Shown here piece by piece: positions 1 to 16,340 of a stretch of 64,000 nt of DNA. The translations under genes and the position numbers were made by a program. Below the pieces are notes generated by a model, which ran no database searches, was not told where the DNA came from, and saw nothing but the letters and a program-made list of their open reading frames with translations. Numbering within the stretch: the first letter of the stretch is position 1; each line of letters begins with the position of its first letter. The DNA lies in the NCBI RefSeq assembly GCF_009914755.1, contig NC_060926.1; one strand, given 5' to 3'. The stretch comes from the human T2T-CHM13v2.0 reference genome, Homo sapiens.

Positions 1-610
1 GACTTCCTATAACTAGCACAAAATCAATAAGCAAGGAGAGTTAACAAGTATTTACAAAGCCTTCAGTGGCCTGCATGATCCCCATGTCTGTTGTTTCCCT
101 GTCTGTATACCCTAAATTATAATAGTGCTTCATTTTAAATGTTTGGGCTAAGATGCCTATGGACAGTTACCAATCAACACAAAGAAGCATCCGGCTGTCT
201 CACCCTTTGTTGCTTTTGATTCTCTCTCATGAACAGTTCTGAGACCTCCACTGTCCTCTTGTTATTTTTATTCCTAATGGTGATACTTCTCCTACTTGCT
301 TCCTCCAACTGTCTACCTTGTCATGTTGACTCCTTCCTTCAGGAATGCTCTTCTCAAATCTGAAGATACAATCTGAATAGAAAAATAGGTGTGGACCACT
401 GGTGGCCACTTATGTGCCTACATGTCTGTAGTCATTCATTTTCAATCTTGAGTGAAGACACAAAGGTCTATGTCAGCCAGCCCCTAGCTGGAGTTTCCTT
501 TGTCTAGTTCTGCATCTGCCTCCCAAGAATCTATTCTTTTTGCTCTTCTCACTCCCTCACCCTCTCCCTGGTATCAGTGTCTCTGATATAGACACAGGAA
601 TAGGCATTTA

Positions 611-932
611 TGGAAGATCAGAAGGGGAGAGGAGTGCAGTTCTGGTCCCAGAGCTACCCAGCAGGGAGGAACAGGCCTTGTGGGGGCTGACCTGACTTAG
701 CCAGAGAGGCATCAGGCTGCCAGGAAAATGAGGGTTGCAGCCATCTGGGGACAAAGTTAAGGCAAGCTGTCTGGAAGATCAGGTGGGGAGAGGAGTGCAG
801 TTCTGGCCCCAGAGCTACCCAGCAGGGAGGAACAGGCCTTGTGGGGGCTGACCTGACTTAGCCAGACAGGACATCAGGCTGCCAGGAAAATGAGGGTTGC
901 AGCCATCTGGGGACAAAGTTAAGGCAAGCTGT
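611..932. repeat. Direct tandem duplication of a ~161-bp unique unit (2 copies)
   Basis: tggaagatcag...aaggcaagctgt at 611-770 recurs at 772-932 with ~4 substitutions and 1 indel. Confidence 0.95.
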
Positions 933-1596
933 GGGCTGAAAGGGAGCCCAGTGGGAGATGAGGCACAGAGAGGAGGGAGCTGGGATAAAGAGACTTAGAA
1001 ACGCAGGCACAAAGCCAGCACAGAGGCTGTCCTGGGTAGCAAGCCCTGTCTACACAACTAGAGTCATTGAAGAAGGCTTTCAGAAGAAGCTGGGACTGGA
1101 TTTGCGGCTTGAAGAAAGGGTAGGATTTGTAGAGTTGAAGAGGAGTATAACGAGCCACTTCCTGTGAGGTGAAACTACATATCACTCAGTGATTTACATC
1201 TAAACTGGGCATTTATGTGTTATGATTGACTGAAATCACCTGTGGGCTAATCAGCCCAGCCATCAGGCCGAGATGCTGGCTCACAAAGGCAGCTGAGGGA
1301 CCTTCCCCTGCAGGAAGTGACCCTGTGCCTGATTTACACTTTGCAAGGTATGCAATTGTTTTCACTTGCTCTAAACAAATTGACCAAATCCAGTTCAGCA
1401 AATGAGATGACTCCAAGCACAAGGTTTCTCTTTGAAAATGATTGAGAACATGTTTGCATACAGTGTTTACAAAGTTGAAGCAAACTATGCTTTGAATGAA
1501 GAGAGAATATGTCTCCATTTCTTCGCTGAGTGTGAAATGAGAGGGGGGTTTGTTAGCCCGACTCCAGCAGAGCTCTTGCCCATAGGAAGCCTGAGA

Positions 1597-1897
1597 TCAA
1601 GGGTCACAAACTCAAGTGTCTACTGTGAAAATAAGATAAATAATGAAACAAGACAACTGTGATGCAACAGGAAATTGTGGAAACTCTGGCTAAGCCAAGA
1701 GCATACATCCTATTTGAAGACGGCTGCTATTCTCTCCCCTATTTGCATCCATGCAAGAATGAGAGTCCACTATGACCAGGTTTTCTAATTTTTCAAGAGA
1801 AGCCAGAAATGCTGATTTTTTTTTGGTAAGAAACTTTCTAAGCTAAGGAGTATTGTATGGGTGCCTTCTGCTGTGGGCCACCTGTTTCCAGTCTCTG
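1597..1897. mobile_element. MER102-like hAT-Charlie DNA transposon relic
   Basis: caagggtcacaaactcaa start, internal tttttcaagagaagccagaaat, end tttccagtctctg resemble remembered MER102 consensus. Confidence 0.55.
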
Positions 1898-2256
1898 TTC
1901 TAGAGGCTACCTAGTTATGGAAGTCACCTGTAACTGTCCCTATTTGTTCTGGAAGGAAGAGTGGACACTTGTAGGAAAAAGCCCAGACTCCTAGCCTGAC
2001 ATGGAAGACCTTTGCCTACTTCTCTAGACTTTTCTTTTTGTGCTGTGCTCATACCTTGTGCCCCAGCCCTGCTGAGCTAACTGTAGCTTGCCTAATGTGC
2101 GTGGAACAGAGATTCAATCCCAATCTTCACCTAAACACTTCACCTAAAGAAAATGGAAAATGGAGTTTCAGTGTAAGGCTGAGCTGAGATTGTGTGGAAG
2201 TTTAAAAATATGTCCACATCTTTTTTACTTTCTTTCCATTAGGAGGTGGGCTTGAA

Positions 2257-3189
<933 letters not shown>

Positions 3190-5544
3190 GAAATAGATTG
3201 GGCTTTGTGACCAGGTCAACCAAGACAGTAGGTGGAAATGATGCCAAATGACTTTTGAGGCTAGGTCAAAAAAGGCAATGCAACTCCTACCTTGCTTGCT
3301 GCAACTCTCAGCTGGAAGCCCTCAGCTGCCATGCAAGCAGGCTACCCTGAAGGCACCATGCTGTGAGGAAGCCCAAACTAGCCCATCAGGAGAGACACCA
3401 TGGAGAAGTTCTGAGGGGATGTAATGAGAGGCAGAGACACCCCACCAGTCCTCGGATGCTCCAGCTCCCTGCTCTTCTAGCTCCAGCCACCACCTGACTG
3501 CAACTGCCTGAGAAACCCTGAGCCAGAACCACCCCGCTGAGCCCTTCCCAAATTCCTGACTTGTGAAAATTGTGAGAGATAAAATTATTATTATTATAAT
3601 AAGCCACTAGGTTTTGTGGTGATTTGTTATGCAGAACAGCTTCAAAGGAGAACTCAAAGTTTAGGCAGAGGCGGAGGCAGATGTAGTGTCTAGTGCCTAG
3701 TCTAGTCTGCTGTCCTTAATTCTGTGCACTTGACTCTTCACGTACCAGCCAAATTCCTGATATTCTTCTGCATAAATGCCAGAGGGAGCCAGGTTGGTTG
3801 GCTGATTTAGTTACTGTCACTGGTATTGAAAACCTCATTGGGTACCTCAGCCAGCCTGAGTCTTTGGGTTAGGTGCCCACTCATCCAATCAGTAGCCACT
3901 CTTGTAGAAGGCCAACCTGTCCCAGTTCACCTGGTTAGGGGCCTGTGGCCATGGCCCTTTCCATGTGAAGGGGAAGTTGGGGTGGCAGGTGTCTAGTGGA
4001 TCCACCTGGCACCTGTGGTTTGTTGTCGTGTCTTTCCAGGCTTGTGCTCTATGCTTTAGAATCATCCCTACTCCCAATACTTACTCATCTTTTGAGTCTC
4101 AATTATGCATTACCTTCTTCATGAAGCTGGGCCATTCCCCTTGGAGACCCCCTGTCTCTTTGCACACCCTCCCTACTAAAGAGAGCTCACTGGCTTCCCC
4201 ATCCATCTTTCCCACAAAGCTGACCATCCTCAGCTTATTCATCTCAGTCTTCCTAATGCCAGGCTTTGTGGCTGGCTCATAGCAGGGGCTGGATAAATCA
4301 TTGATAAAACATGAATAGATGTGTTTAGTTGAAAGAGGATAAAGGGAATCATAACATCAGCTACTCTGGAGTGTGGAATGCTTTTGATGTCTGAGTTGGG
4401 AGGCTAGGTTCTGTTTCACTGCCTCTTGCAGTAGTTGATACCAGTTCATTGATTATGTCGTTCTGTTACCTGCAGTAGGAACAGATCGTGTCCTAAAAGT
4501 GTGTGGTCTGGAACTTGAAGCACATTTTCCCTCATAGAAACAGGTTAGTGGTTTTCAAATTAAAAATAAAATAAACCCAAAAAATCATGAAAAAAAAATT
4601 CTACAAGAAACTGAACTTGGAAAGTCAGCTTTGAGGTGGTTTGAAGTTAACAATGGACTGGTCTCTAAGCTTTGGAGGGATAGGGGAAGATGAAAGTGTT
4701 GGGGACCCCAGAGCTGCCAGTCAGTTAAAGGGCACTCAGATGCTGTTGTCCCAAATATATAAGTATGGGGGATGGGGGATCCAGGAATATATTTAATTTT
4801 TAAAAACTTCACTACTTTATGTTTAAATGGGTAATACACAATGATAGTACAGCTTTTATAATATTTTTATATTTTAGTAACAATGTTTTTACTTCAAATT
4901 TACCGTCTATGGGAAATGTTGAAAAAGAAAAGGCCACATAGTTTTCTCTACCCAGATTTCATGCACAGTAAGCTTTGCTTATCATTCCACACATTATTTT
5001 GAGTCTAGCTATTTCCTCCCCTCTCCACTCCTTTGACCTATTTTTAGGTCTAGAAGCTAAAAAAAAAAAAAAAGATTGTCTAGTGAGGACCTAGTAGCTG
5101 GCAGCCCTGAGGGTGGGTGTACCCTGGGGCCTCAGCCCTGGCCTTAACAGGCCTTAGGTGTCGGGGGTGGTCGGGGGGAGGGTTGGGGATTCCAATCCAT
5201 ATTCTGTTAAAGGAACCCTCCCCTCCCTCTTTCTGGGTGAGGCCAAAGGCTGCCCAGTCAGCTGGCCTGGCCTGAGAAGGCTGAGATAGTGCAGGCGCTG
5301 TGGTTCCCCATCTCCTCTGCTTCTGTCTCCCACACACTTACAGTTTGGTCCTATTCTTCCCACCCCAAGCTGCTCTGGGGCTGCCACCCTCATACCCCGA
5401 CCCCAGATCCCAGCCCCAGGCAGATCATTAGGCTGCAGTCAGTCCTGGTTCTTTGCCTTCCTCCCTACCAACTTCTGACTGTGCTGCAGAAAGCAGATAA
5501 CTGAAAGCCACTCAATATACCTAGAAGGCAGGGCCATAGGATGA

Positions 5545-5780
5545 GCTTGGCCTTTGGAGTAGCAGACCATGGTTCAAATTGTAGTTGAAACCCCAGCTCT
5601 GGGACCTGTTTGCTGTCTGACCATGGGCAAATGACTTACCCTATCTGTGCTACAGTTTCTTACCTGTGAAGTGGAGAAGAGGATAATGATCTACTTTGGA
5701 GGGCATTGGGAATTAGAGAAAATGTATGTAAAGTGTCTGGTACAATGTGGCCTACAACTGCCCCTAATAAATGTTTATTG
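5545..5780 (+). mobile_element. MIR SINE
   Basis: tgaccatgggcaaatgacttaccctatctgtgctacagtttcttacctgtgaagtgg core. Confidence 0.75.
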
Positions 5781-6204
5781 AGGCCTTATCCTCAGCTTTC
5801 CAGGAAAGCTGGGGAGGGTTTCCCTCTGGATCTCCTTGTGCTCATGGGGTCGGGACTCTAGGCTGGAGGAGCACAGATTTCCACAATCCTGTGGTACTCA
5901 TATGTCCGGTAGAGCATCACCTTCATATTTAGAGCCTTCTTCTCCTTTCTTGCGTTAGGATCTTCAGGGATTGCAACATTGCACCCTTTACCTAAATGAA
6001 ACATCAGTGCATATAACTCTCCTCCCATTTTCACCAGGTTAAAACAAAAATTACGATGGGCAGATGCCAGCCCTTGCTGGAGACCCAGGCTTCTGCGTGA
6101 ATGACTATCCATAAAGCATTTAGATGAGAGAATGTGAGGGAAAGCTGCTGTCCAAGATCTTCTCTGCTGGAGGATGGGACAATGGTCTCACATGCTCAGG
6201 AAGG

Positions 6205-6452
6205 TTTGTAACGTGGGGTTAAGCACGCTAACATGGAAGTTGAAACTCCTGGGTCCAAATCCTGGCTTTTCTAGTTACCAGCCAGGTGCATCAGTTTACT
6301 CATCTGTTAAAAGCAGAGGATGATGATGCTGATGAAGAGGATGATGAAGATGAAGATGATGGTACCCATCTCCTCAGGGTTACAGAAGGTGAATTGAATT
6401 GATGCAGTGAGAATGGAGTACACTGGACTCACTCATGAAGTATGTTAGCTGC
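6205..6452 (+). mobile_element. MIR SINE with internal (GAT/GAA)n expansion
   Basis: cctgggtccaaatcctggc...catcagtttactcatctgttaaa, then gatgatgatgctgatgaagagg. Confidence 0.65.
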
Positions 6453-6626
6453 TATGTTCATGCTTTCCCCCTTGGTTCTCTGTGTAGCTAGTGATAGAAA
6501 TATCAAGCTTTCCAACAAGACTGTCCCTTACCACGTTTTCTTTCTTTTGTTAGCCTTTAGATTTTTTTCTGATTATAAAGGTTATATATGCTCAAGACAA
6601 ACCACTTATAAAATGTAGAAAGACAA

Positions 6627-6986
<360 letters not shown>

Positions 6987-7159
6987 TTATGTATTAGGAA
7001 ATAGATATTTATAGTCATTAGTATAGTATGTAAAAATGAGAGCCTATTAAAACGTGCAGCAGTGACCTATAGAAACCAAAGGTAAAAAAAATCTGTGTTT
7101 GAAATCTGTTTGTTGCCTGTCCAAGTGCTCACTGCAGCTCACCAGTGTGTTATGGAGCG

Positions 7160-8053
<894 letters not shown>

Positions 8054-9724
8054 TTATTTTGAGAAGTTAAACAATAGTTAAGAAACTCTTGCTCTCTAAG
8101 GTCTCACAAATTTCAAGCTATGCATTTAAAATAGGTGCTGCCGAAAAAGAATGAACCCTGGAAAACATTCTACTTGCTACACTGAGACACCATATTAAAG
8201 ACAGCATTATTTTAAATGTCTCTGGACTGCTTTTAAAAAGAACTTTGGGTCATGCATCTAATTCCCTTCTAACTTCTAAAATGGAAAGTAGTTTCCTATG
8301 GTTGGCATCTATCATATGTAGTTATAGACAGACCTACTCTGTGACACCATAGAGTACTCACTCATTTCTTCGTTTGTCATTCATTCAAATAATCACCATT
8401 CAGCTCTTTGAAGTATTTATTCTCTACCAGTTTCTGGCAGTCCTTTTTGCATTAGGAAAGAACAGATCTGTTTTATTTTCAGATTTTATTTTAAAAATAT
8501 GTATTTTCAATGGTATTTGGAAGTTTATACTTGCAAAGGATTTGAGTGAAGTAGGAGATATTTTCTCTAGAACATTAAAAGTGTCTGAAGACCCCTTGAC
8601 CCTCTCCCACACTAGTGCCAAGACAAGAAAACAGGATTTTTCTGCTCTCTTTGAGTTCTAGTCTCTAGGTACAAAGGAATTACATCTCAGTTACTGGAAA
8701 GTTTGCAGAACAGAGGAATGGCCCAATGTCTTTGAGACATTTTAGGGCAATACCAGAAGTCTTGGAAGAAGAGAGCTAAATAAAAGTCATCTGGATCCCC
8801 AAAGACCACAGAAGATGGCTTGCTCAAAATACCACTACTGAGTTTGGCTTCAGTCCCAGACAAGATTCTAGACTAGATTATTTAAAATAATAACAATAAA
8901 GTTTGGGAGACTTTTGGAAAAGCAGCAATTACTGGCATTCAGCCTGAGATTTTAAAAACAAAGTATGTCTGCTTGACCTTTTTCTTTCTTTGACATTGTT
9001 TCTAGACTCATTTATTAAGAAAATATGATAGGCACAAGGCCTGGGGCATAATAGAGACTCAATCAATATTTGTTGACTGAATGAATAGGGCATTTTGCGA
9101 GGCTTTTGATAAGATCTTTCATAAACTGATTGATAAAGCCACAGCATAATGCAGGCTGGAAGCAAGGGCAAAAGCTGGGTTAGAATTTCCCAGAAAATAT
9201 CATTAATACCATCTGGGAGGCAGAGTCCTAATGTTGGGCCATCACCCCTGAGAAAGCTCTCCATGGCATGGATGCAGTATAGAGAACAGGCTCATCAAAC
9301 TGAACATAAAATTGTGCTGGGCAGGGCAGCATACACGCTGAGGGATGAAATCCAGATCAACAGACTACTGAGCAATTTTTAAGCCCCTCCTTATTCTCCC
9401 TAAATGTAAATAATACATATTCATTGTATGCAATCTGAGAAATATAGGAGAGACTAAAGAAGAAAGTAAAAAAGATTTCATGAACTCCCGTCACCTGAAT
9501 GTAACCATTGCTAATATTTTAGCATATTTCTTTACTTAGTCTTTGTTTAACTTATACATACTTTATCTAGATGTGTTAATTTCATATCATCCTTTCACTG
9601 AAACGAAACTCTTTTAAAGCATAATTTGTAATGATTATATGATAGTTCATTATATCTATGCGTTGACTTACACATCTTCATTTGTAGTGACCAAAACAAA
9701 TAATTGTACCAAATATCAATATAG

Positions 9725-9935
9725 CATTTTACTGAGGCCCAGATACTATTTAAAGTGCTTTAAATGTATTAGCTTTTCAGTCCTCACAATAACTCTGAGA
9801 GGTATTATCGTTATCCTTATTTTACAGATGAAGAAACTGAAGCAAAAAGAGTTTAAGTAATTTGCCCCAAATCACCCAGATACTAAGTGGTGGGAGCAGA
9901 GATTTCTCTCTTTTGAAGTCGGTGTTGGTATTGGA
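9725..9935 (-). mobile_element. MIR SINE
   Basis: ccttattttacagatgaagaaactgaagcaaaaagagtttaagtaatttgcccca is the reverse MIR core. Confidence 0.8.
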
Positions 9936-10149
9936 ATGACTGACATTTATTAAATGGTATTGGAATGATTGAAAAGCCATTTGGAAATACATGGAGTTGA
10001 TTTTCATATCGCATTTTACCTTAGTACAAATTCCAGATAAATCAAAGACAATTATAAAAGATGAAATCTTAAATATACAAAAACAGTGATTCTCAATGCT
10101 GGCTGAGCTTTAGAATCACTGGGGAGTCTATTTAAGAATTACCAGTGTT

Positions 10150-10444
<295 letters not shown>

Positions 10445-10462
10445 AAGAATTACCAGTGCTTA

Positions 10463-11135
<673 letters not shown>

Positions 11136-11196
11136 TTAAATCATAATCACTGGAGGTAAAGCTAGAAATTTGTATTTTTTAAGTATGCGTTATGAA

Positions 11197-11555
11197 TTTT
11201 TTTTTTAACTTTAAGTTCTGGTATACATGTGTAGAACATGCAGGTTACATAGGTATACATGTGCCATGGTGGTTTGCTGCACCCATTAACCTGTCATCTA
11301 GGTTTATATTTTCTTGCATTAGGTATTTGTCCTAATGCTCTCCCTCCCCTGGACCCCCACCCCCCGACAGGCCCCGGTGTATGGTGTTCCCCTCCCTGTG
11401 TCCATGTGTTCTCATTGTTCAACTCCCACCTATGAGTGAGAACATGAGGTGTTTGGTTTTCTTTGCCTGTGTTAGTTTGCTGAGGATGATGGCTTCCAAC
11501 TTCATCCATATCCCTGCAAAGGGCATAAACTCATTCTTTTTTTATGGCTGCATAG
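11197..11555 (-). mobile_element. L1PA (PA7/PA8-like) 3' end, 5'-truncated
   Basis: ctttaagttctggtatacatgtg...gcattaggtatttgtcctaatgctctccc...ttatggctgcatag; TSD tagaaatt(t/g)gtatttttt. Confidence 0.9.
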
Positions 11556-12185
11556 TAGAAATTGGTATTTTTTTAAAGTTCCTGTTGATTGGAATGCAGC
11601 CAGGGCTAAGACATAACGACAAAAGGGACAGATTTTTTAAAACCTGAGAAAGGAGAAAGCTTTTCTATGTATGATATAAACCTCAAAAGTTCTAAAGAAA
11701 AAACTGATAAATTCAGTAGTGGAGAATTATTGTTTAATGGGTACAAAGTTTCTGTTTGGGAAGATGAAAAGTCCTGGAGATGCATGGCGGTGATGGTTGC
11801 ACAGCAATGTGAATATACTTAATGCCATCAAACTGTACACTCAAAAGTGGCTAAATGGTGTGTTTCATGCTATGTATATTTTACCACAATTAAAAATGGC
11901 ATTACAAAAAACATCATAGGCACAATCCAAATATAAATGACAGATTGGAAAAAATAGGTAACTCATTATAAAAAGGGGCTTATATATAAAGAGCTTGCAT
12001 GAATCAATAAGAAAAAGAGCAACCCAATGTAAAGATGGGTAACAGATATGAACAGTTCACAGAAAAGAAAATATAAATGTTTCTTAAACATATGAAAAAA
12101 GCCATTCACACTAAATGTAAGAGAAAATAAAACTACACTAAAATATCACTGTCACTTAGATTGAGAAGTATAAAAACAGAGTTGG

Positions 12186-12460
12186 GGCCAGGCACAGGGG
12201 CTCATACCTGTAATCCCAACACTTTGGGAGGCCAAGGCAGGTGGATCACTAGAGGTCAGGAGTTGGAGACCAACCTGGCCAATGTGATGAAACCCGTTCT
12301 CTACTAAAAATATAAAAATTAGCTGGGCATGGTGGTGCTCGCCTGTAACCCCAACTACTCGGGAGGCTGAGGCAGGAGAATTGCTTGAATCTGGGAGGGA
12401 AGTGGAGGTTGCAGTGAGCAGAGATGACTCCATCTCAAAAAACAAAACAAAACAAAAAAA
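12186..12460 (+). mobile_element. AluS with 3' internal deletion
   Basis: Dimer lacking ~30 bp before gactccatctc; TSD agttgg. Confidence 0.9.
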
Positions 12461-12648
12461 GTTGGATAACTCAATTGTTGGTAAGGGCCTGAGGAAAGAG
12501 CCATTCTTATTATTTGCTGATGGGAGTATAAATTGGTGCATTTTCTATGATGGGCACATTTGGGAATATCAGTAGAAATTTCAAATGCACACACAGCTTG
12601 ATCCCATAATTCCACATCTAGGAATTTATCATACAAAAATATTCATAT

Positions 12649-13034
<386 letters not shown>

Positions 13035-13049
13035 TTATTTGAAATAGCA

Positions 13050-13346
13050 GGCCAGGTGCAGTGGCTCACGCCTGTAATCCCTGCACTTTGGGAGGCCAAG
13101 GCGGGTGGATCGCCTGAGGTCAGAAGATCGAGACCAGCCTGACCAACATGGTGAAATCCCGCCTCTACTAAAAATATAAAAAGTTAGCCAGGCGTGGTGG
13201 TGGGCACCTGTAATCCCAGCTACTCGAGAGGCTGAGGCAGGAGAATCACTTGAACACAGAGGCGGAGGTTCCAGTGAGCCAAGATGGTGCCACTGTACTC
13301 CAGCCTGGGCAACAGAAGGAGACTCCATTTAAAATAAAAATAAAAA
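13050..13346 (+). mobile_element. AluS (Sx-like)
   Basis: Full dimer; TSD gaaatagca. Confidence 0.93.
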
Positions 13347-13734
13347 GAAATAGCAAAAGGGGGATGCAAACATCTACTAATAGAAGAGTTGTCAAATAAA
13401 TGTTGGTATGTCCATAGTACATACTTTGGGGTACTCTGTGGATGTTAAAGAAATAAAATCTATATATGCTAATATGGAATGATTGGCACTATGTGAAAAC
13501 AGCAAGTGTAAATAAGAGAAGGGTTATATAATCACATAACTCTATGCATGTAAGAAACTAGCAAGAAAAGTTGCCTCTGGGATATAAAGACGTTTTTCGC
13601 TGTGTGCTTTTTTTTTCTATTTTTTTTTAAACCCCATGAATGTATCTCTCCAAGATAATTCTTTTTTCTTTAAATAAAACTTCACCGGGGAGGGCCAGAA
13701 CCATATAAAATGGTATCTAGAAGTACCATTTGTT

Positions 13735-14189
<455 letters not shown>

Positions 14190-15665
14190 TCAGGAGGAGG
14201 CAGGCATTAGCTTTGGGCAGAAGCAGACACACCTCCTTCCCTGAGATGGACGAGGTAAGGGGAGGATTCATTCCTAAAGAGATAAAACCAGGGCCCTGGG
14301 TGGGGTTGATGGAGCTCCTGCCTCAAGGCCTCTATTATCTATGGAAAATATTAGTTAGGTTATCTGCTCCTAGTGAGGGAGGAGATGGTGGCCAAGAGGG
14401 CATGAGGACTGTGGTTAAAATGGTAAAGCAGCTATTGTTGAAGGCCCCATAAACCTGGGTGCTGGCAGTCTGCGTGGCTAAGAAGCTTTCTCTAGCGGTT
14501 TTCACCAACTGGGAGCCTGAGCAGGGGGACGGAAGGAAGTGAAGAAGGGAAGGGGCCAGTGGGTTGAGGACGTTAGACAGTGAGCAAGGTCTGAAACTAT
14601 GTGGGAAGAGGGTAAGCAGTTCTATCCTATGGTTGCCTGTTTGTCTCCCCAGTGAACTGGAACCCCCCTCCTACTCCCAGGGCACTTTTCATAGTCCCCA
14701 GGGCCTGAGTGGGTGCTTGGTCATGGGACACAGTTCAATAAATGTTTCTCAAATTACTTAATCGACCCTGCAAATACAAAAACAGATGAATAAACGAACC
14801 CTAAGTCTTAGCACTTCATCAGTGCTGCGAGAAGGCCTTTATCCCATCTGGCATTATCCAGCTTATTTACTTACCTTGTTCCCAAGATTTGTTTGCTCTT
14901 TCCAATGGTGATAGCTACCCTCAAGGGAAGGAGACACTGAGGTTATGTGTTTAAAGATGCTGCAGGCTGTGATGGCAAATACTTTGCAGGACTCCACTGT
15001 AGCTCCTCCTCTTTCCTAACATCACTTTCATCACTCGTGTTTGAAATCCCACTCTCAGTGGTCCATGGCTGCATGCCTCTCAAAGTGGGTGTGGGGAGTG
15101 GGGCAGGGGGATTTGGAAGGAGGGTTCTGCAGAGGGAGGGGAGCACAGCACCCTGGGAGAGGTGACACTTGGTTACTGATGTCTTAGTACTGGTGGTTTG
15201 CAGTTAAAAGGGAGCAGCAAACACTTGGTGTGGGAGGAGTAAAGAGGCGAGGCTCTTAAAAGCAATCTGATGATCAATGTGTGTCCTCTATAATTTGGGG
15301 GAAGGCCTACCCTTCCTCCACTCCAGGCTCTGCTTTTCTCTCACCTCTATCAGCAGAGGAACTTACTGTAGTCTGGGAGGGTCTCTCCTTCACTCAGCCA
15401 TTCTTCCCACTGTAGTTGAGCACTTGCTGCAGGCCCAGCCTATGGCAGGCGGAGGAATGCAGAGGCCCCTCCTTCCATGGCCCACAGAGAGGAGCCTTCA
15501 GCTCCAGCTGGTTCAATGTCCCCTGATTGCCTTTGGATATTATTATCTGAATCCGGGATTAACAACTCCTGAACCCTGAGCAAGTGAGAGACAGCAGTGC
15601 CCTCCAGGGACCTGGCAGAGTGCACATGCCAGGCAGCACGTAGCTGCTACGGCAGGCATGGAGGC

Positions 15666-15679
15666 GTTGCCATGGAAAC
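15666..15679. promoter_or_regulatory. RFX X-box motif GTTGCCATGGAAAC
   Basis: 13/14 match to the palindrome GTTGCCATGGCAAC in non-repeat sequence retaining several CpGs; second variant GTTTCCAGCGAC at 15870-15881. Confidence 0.6.
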
Positions 15680-16074
15680 TGCCCAGGCGGCCTTTCCACT
15701 CACAACCTCTAGGTTCCTTTGTTTGTGTCATCCGTTTCTAGGAGATACATGCGAGGCTTTCTCTCCTCCTTTTTCTCATCCCTGGAAAGAGTTGTGGAGG
15801 AGTTGCTGGTGAATGGGGTGGGAGAAGTCAAGTGCAGCCCGGGTGGGAAAACAGCTGATGAATGCCAGGGTTTCCAGCGACCTGTGGGGTAGTGGCTCAC
15901 AGCTCTCAGCTCTGCTGCTCTGGTGGGAGAAGCCCCTCATCGGCGATTACATTCCACCAGAGCCGCTGCCCTCTCCTCTCCCTGCACCCACAGGCTGCGA
16001 GGTGCTCAGGGGCAATCAGGCAGAGCTGGATTTGCTGTACCAGGCCTGGGTACTCCGAGGCAGTGAGGTACAGT

Positions 16075-16340
16075 TAAGAGAGCACTGAAATCGGAGTCAG
16101 GAGGCCTGAATTTTGGCCCTAATCCTGGCACAGCATAACCTTAGGCAAGTGTTTTCCATCCTCCTGGCTCAGTTTGCTCATCTGGAAAGTGAGAGGGCTG
16201 GAATAGAACAATAATTCCAAAGTGCTGCGTCCGAATCATCTGAGAAGCAGATGCAAGCTGCATTACACAATGCAGATTTCTAGGCCCAACCCCAGAGATT
16301 CCTATTAATTATGTCTGGGTGGGGCCTGGCAATATGTATT
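16075..16340 (+). mobile_element. MIR fragment followed by MER5-type fragment
   Basis: taaccttaggcaagtg...ctcagtttgctcatctggaaagtg; atgcagatttctaggcccaaccccagaga. Confidence 0.6.

Noticed and set aside
5630-5670. Two minus-strand gtaag donors
   Set aside because: They fall on mutated positions of a MIR core; no independent support
6319-6362. Acidic-codon-like run (DDDADEEDDEDEDD)
   Set aside because: Low-complexity expansion inside a MIR, with no ORF or splice context
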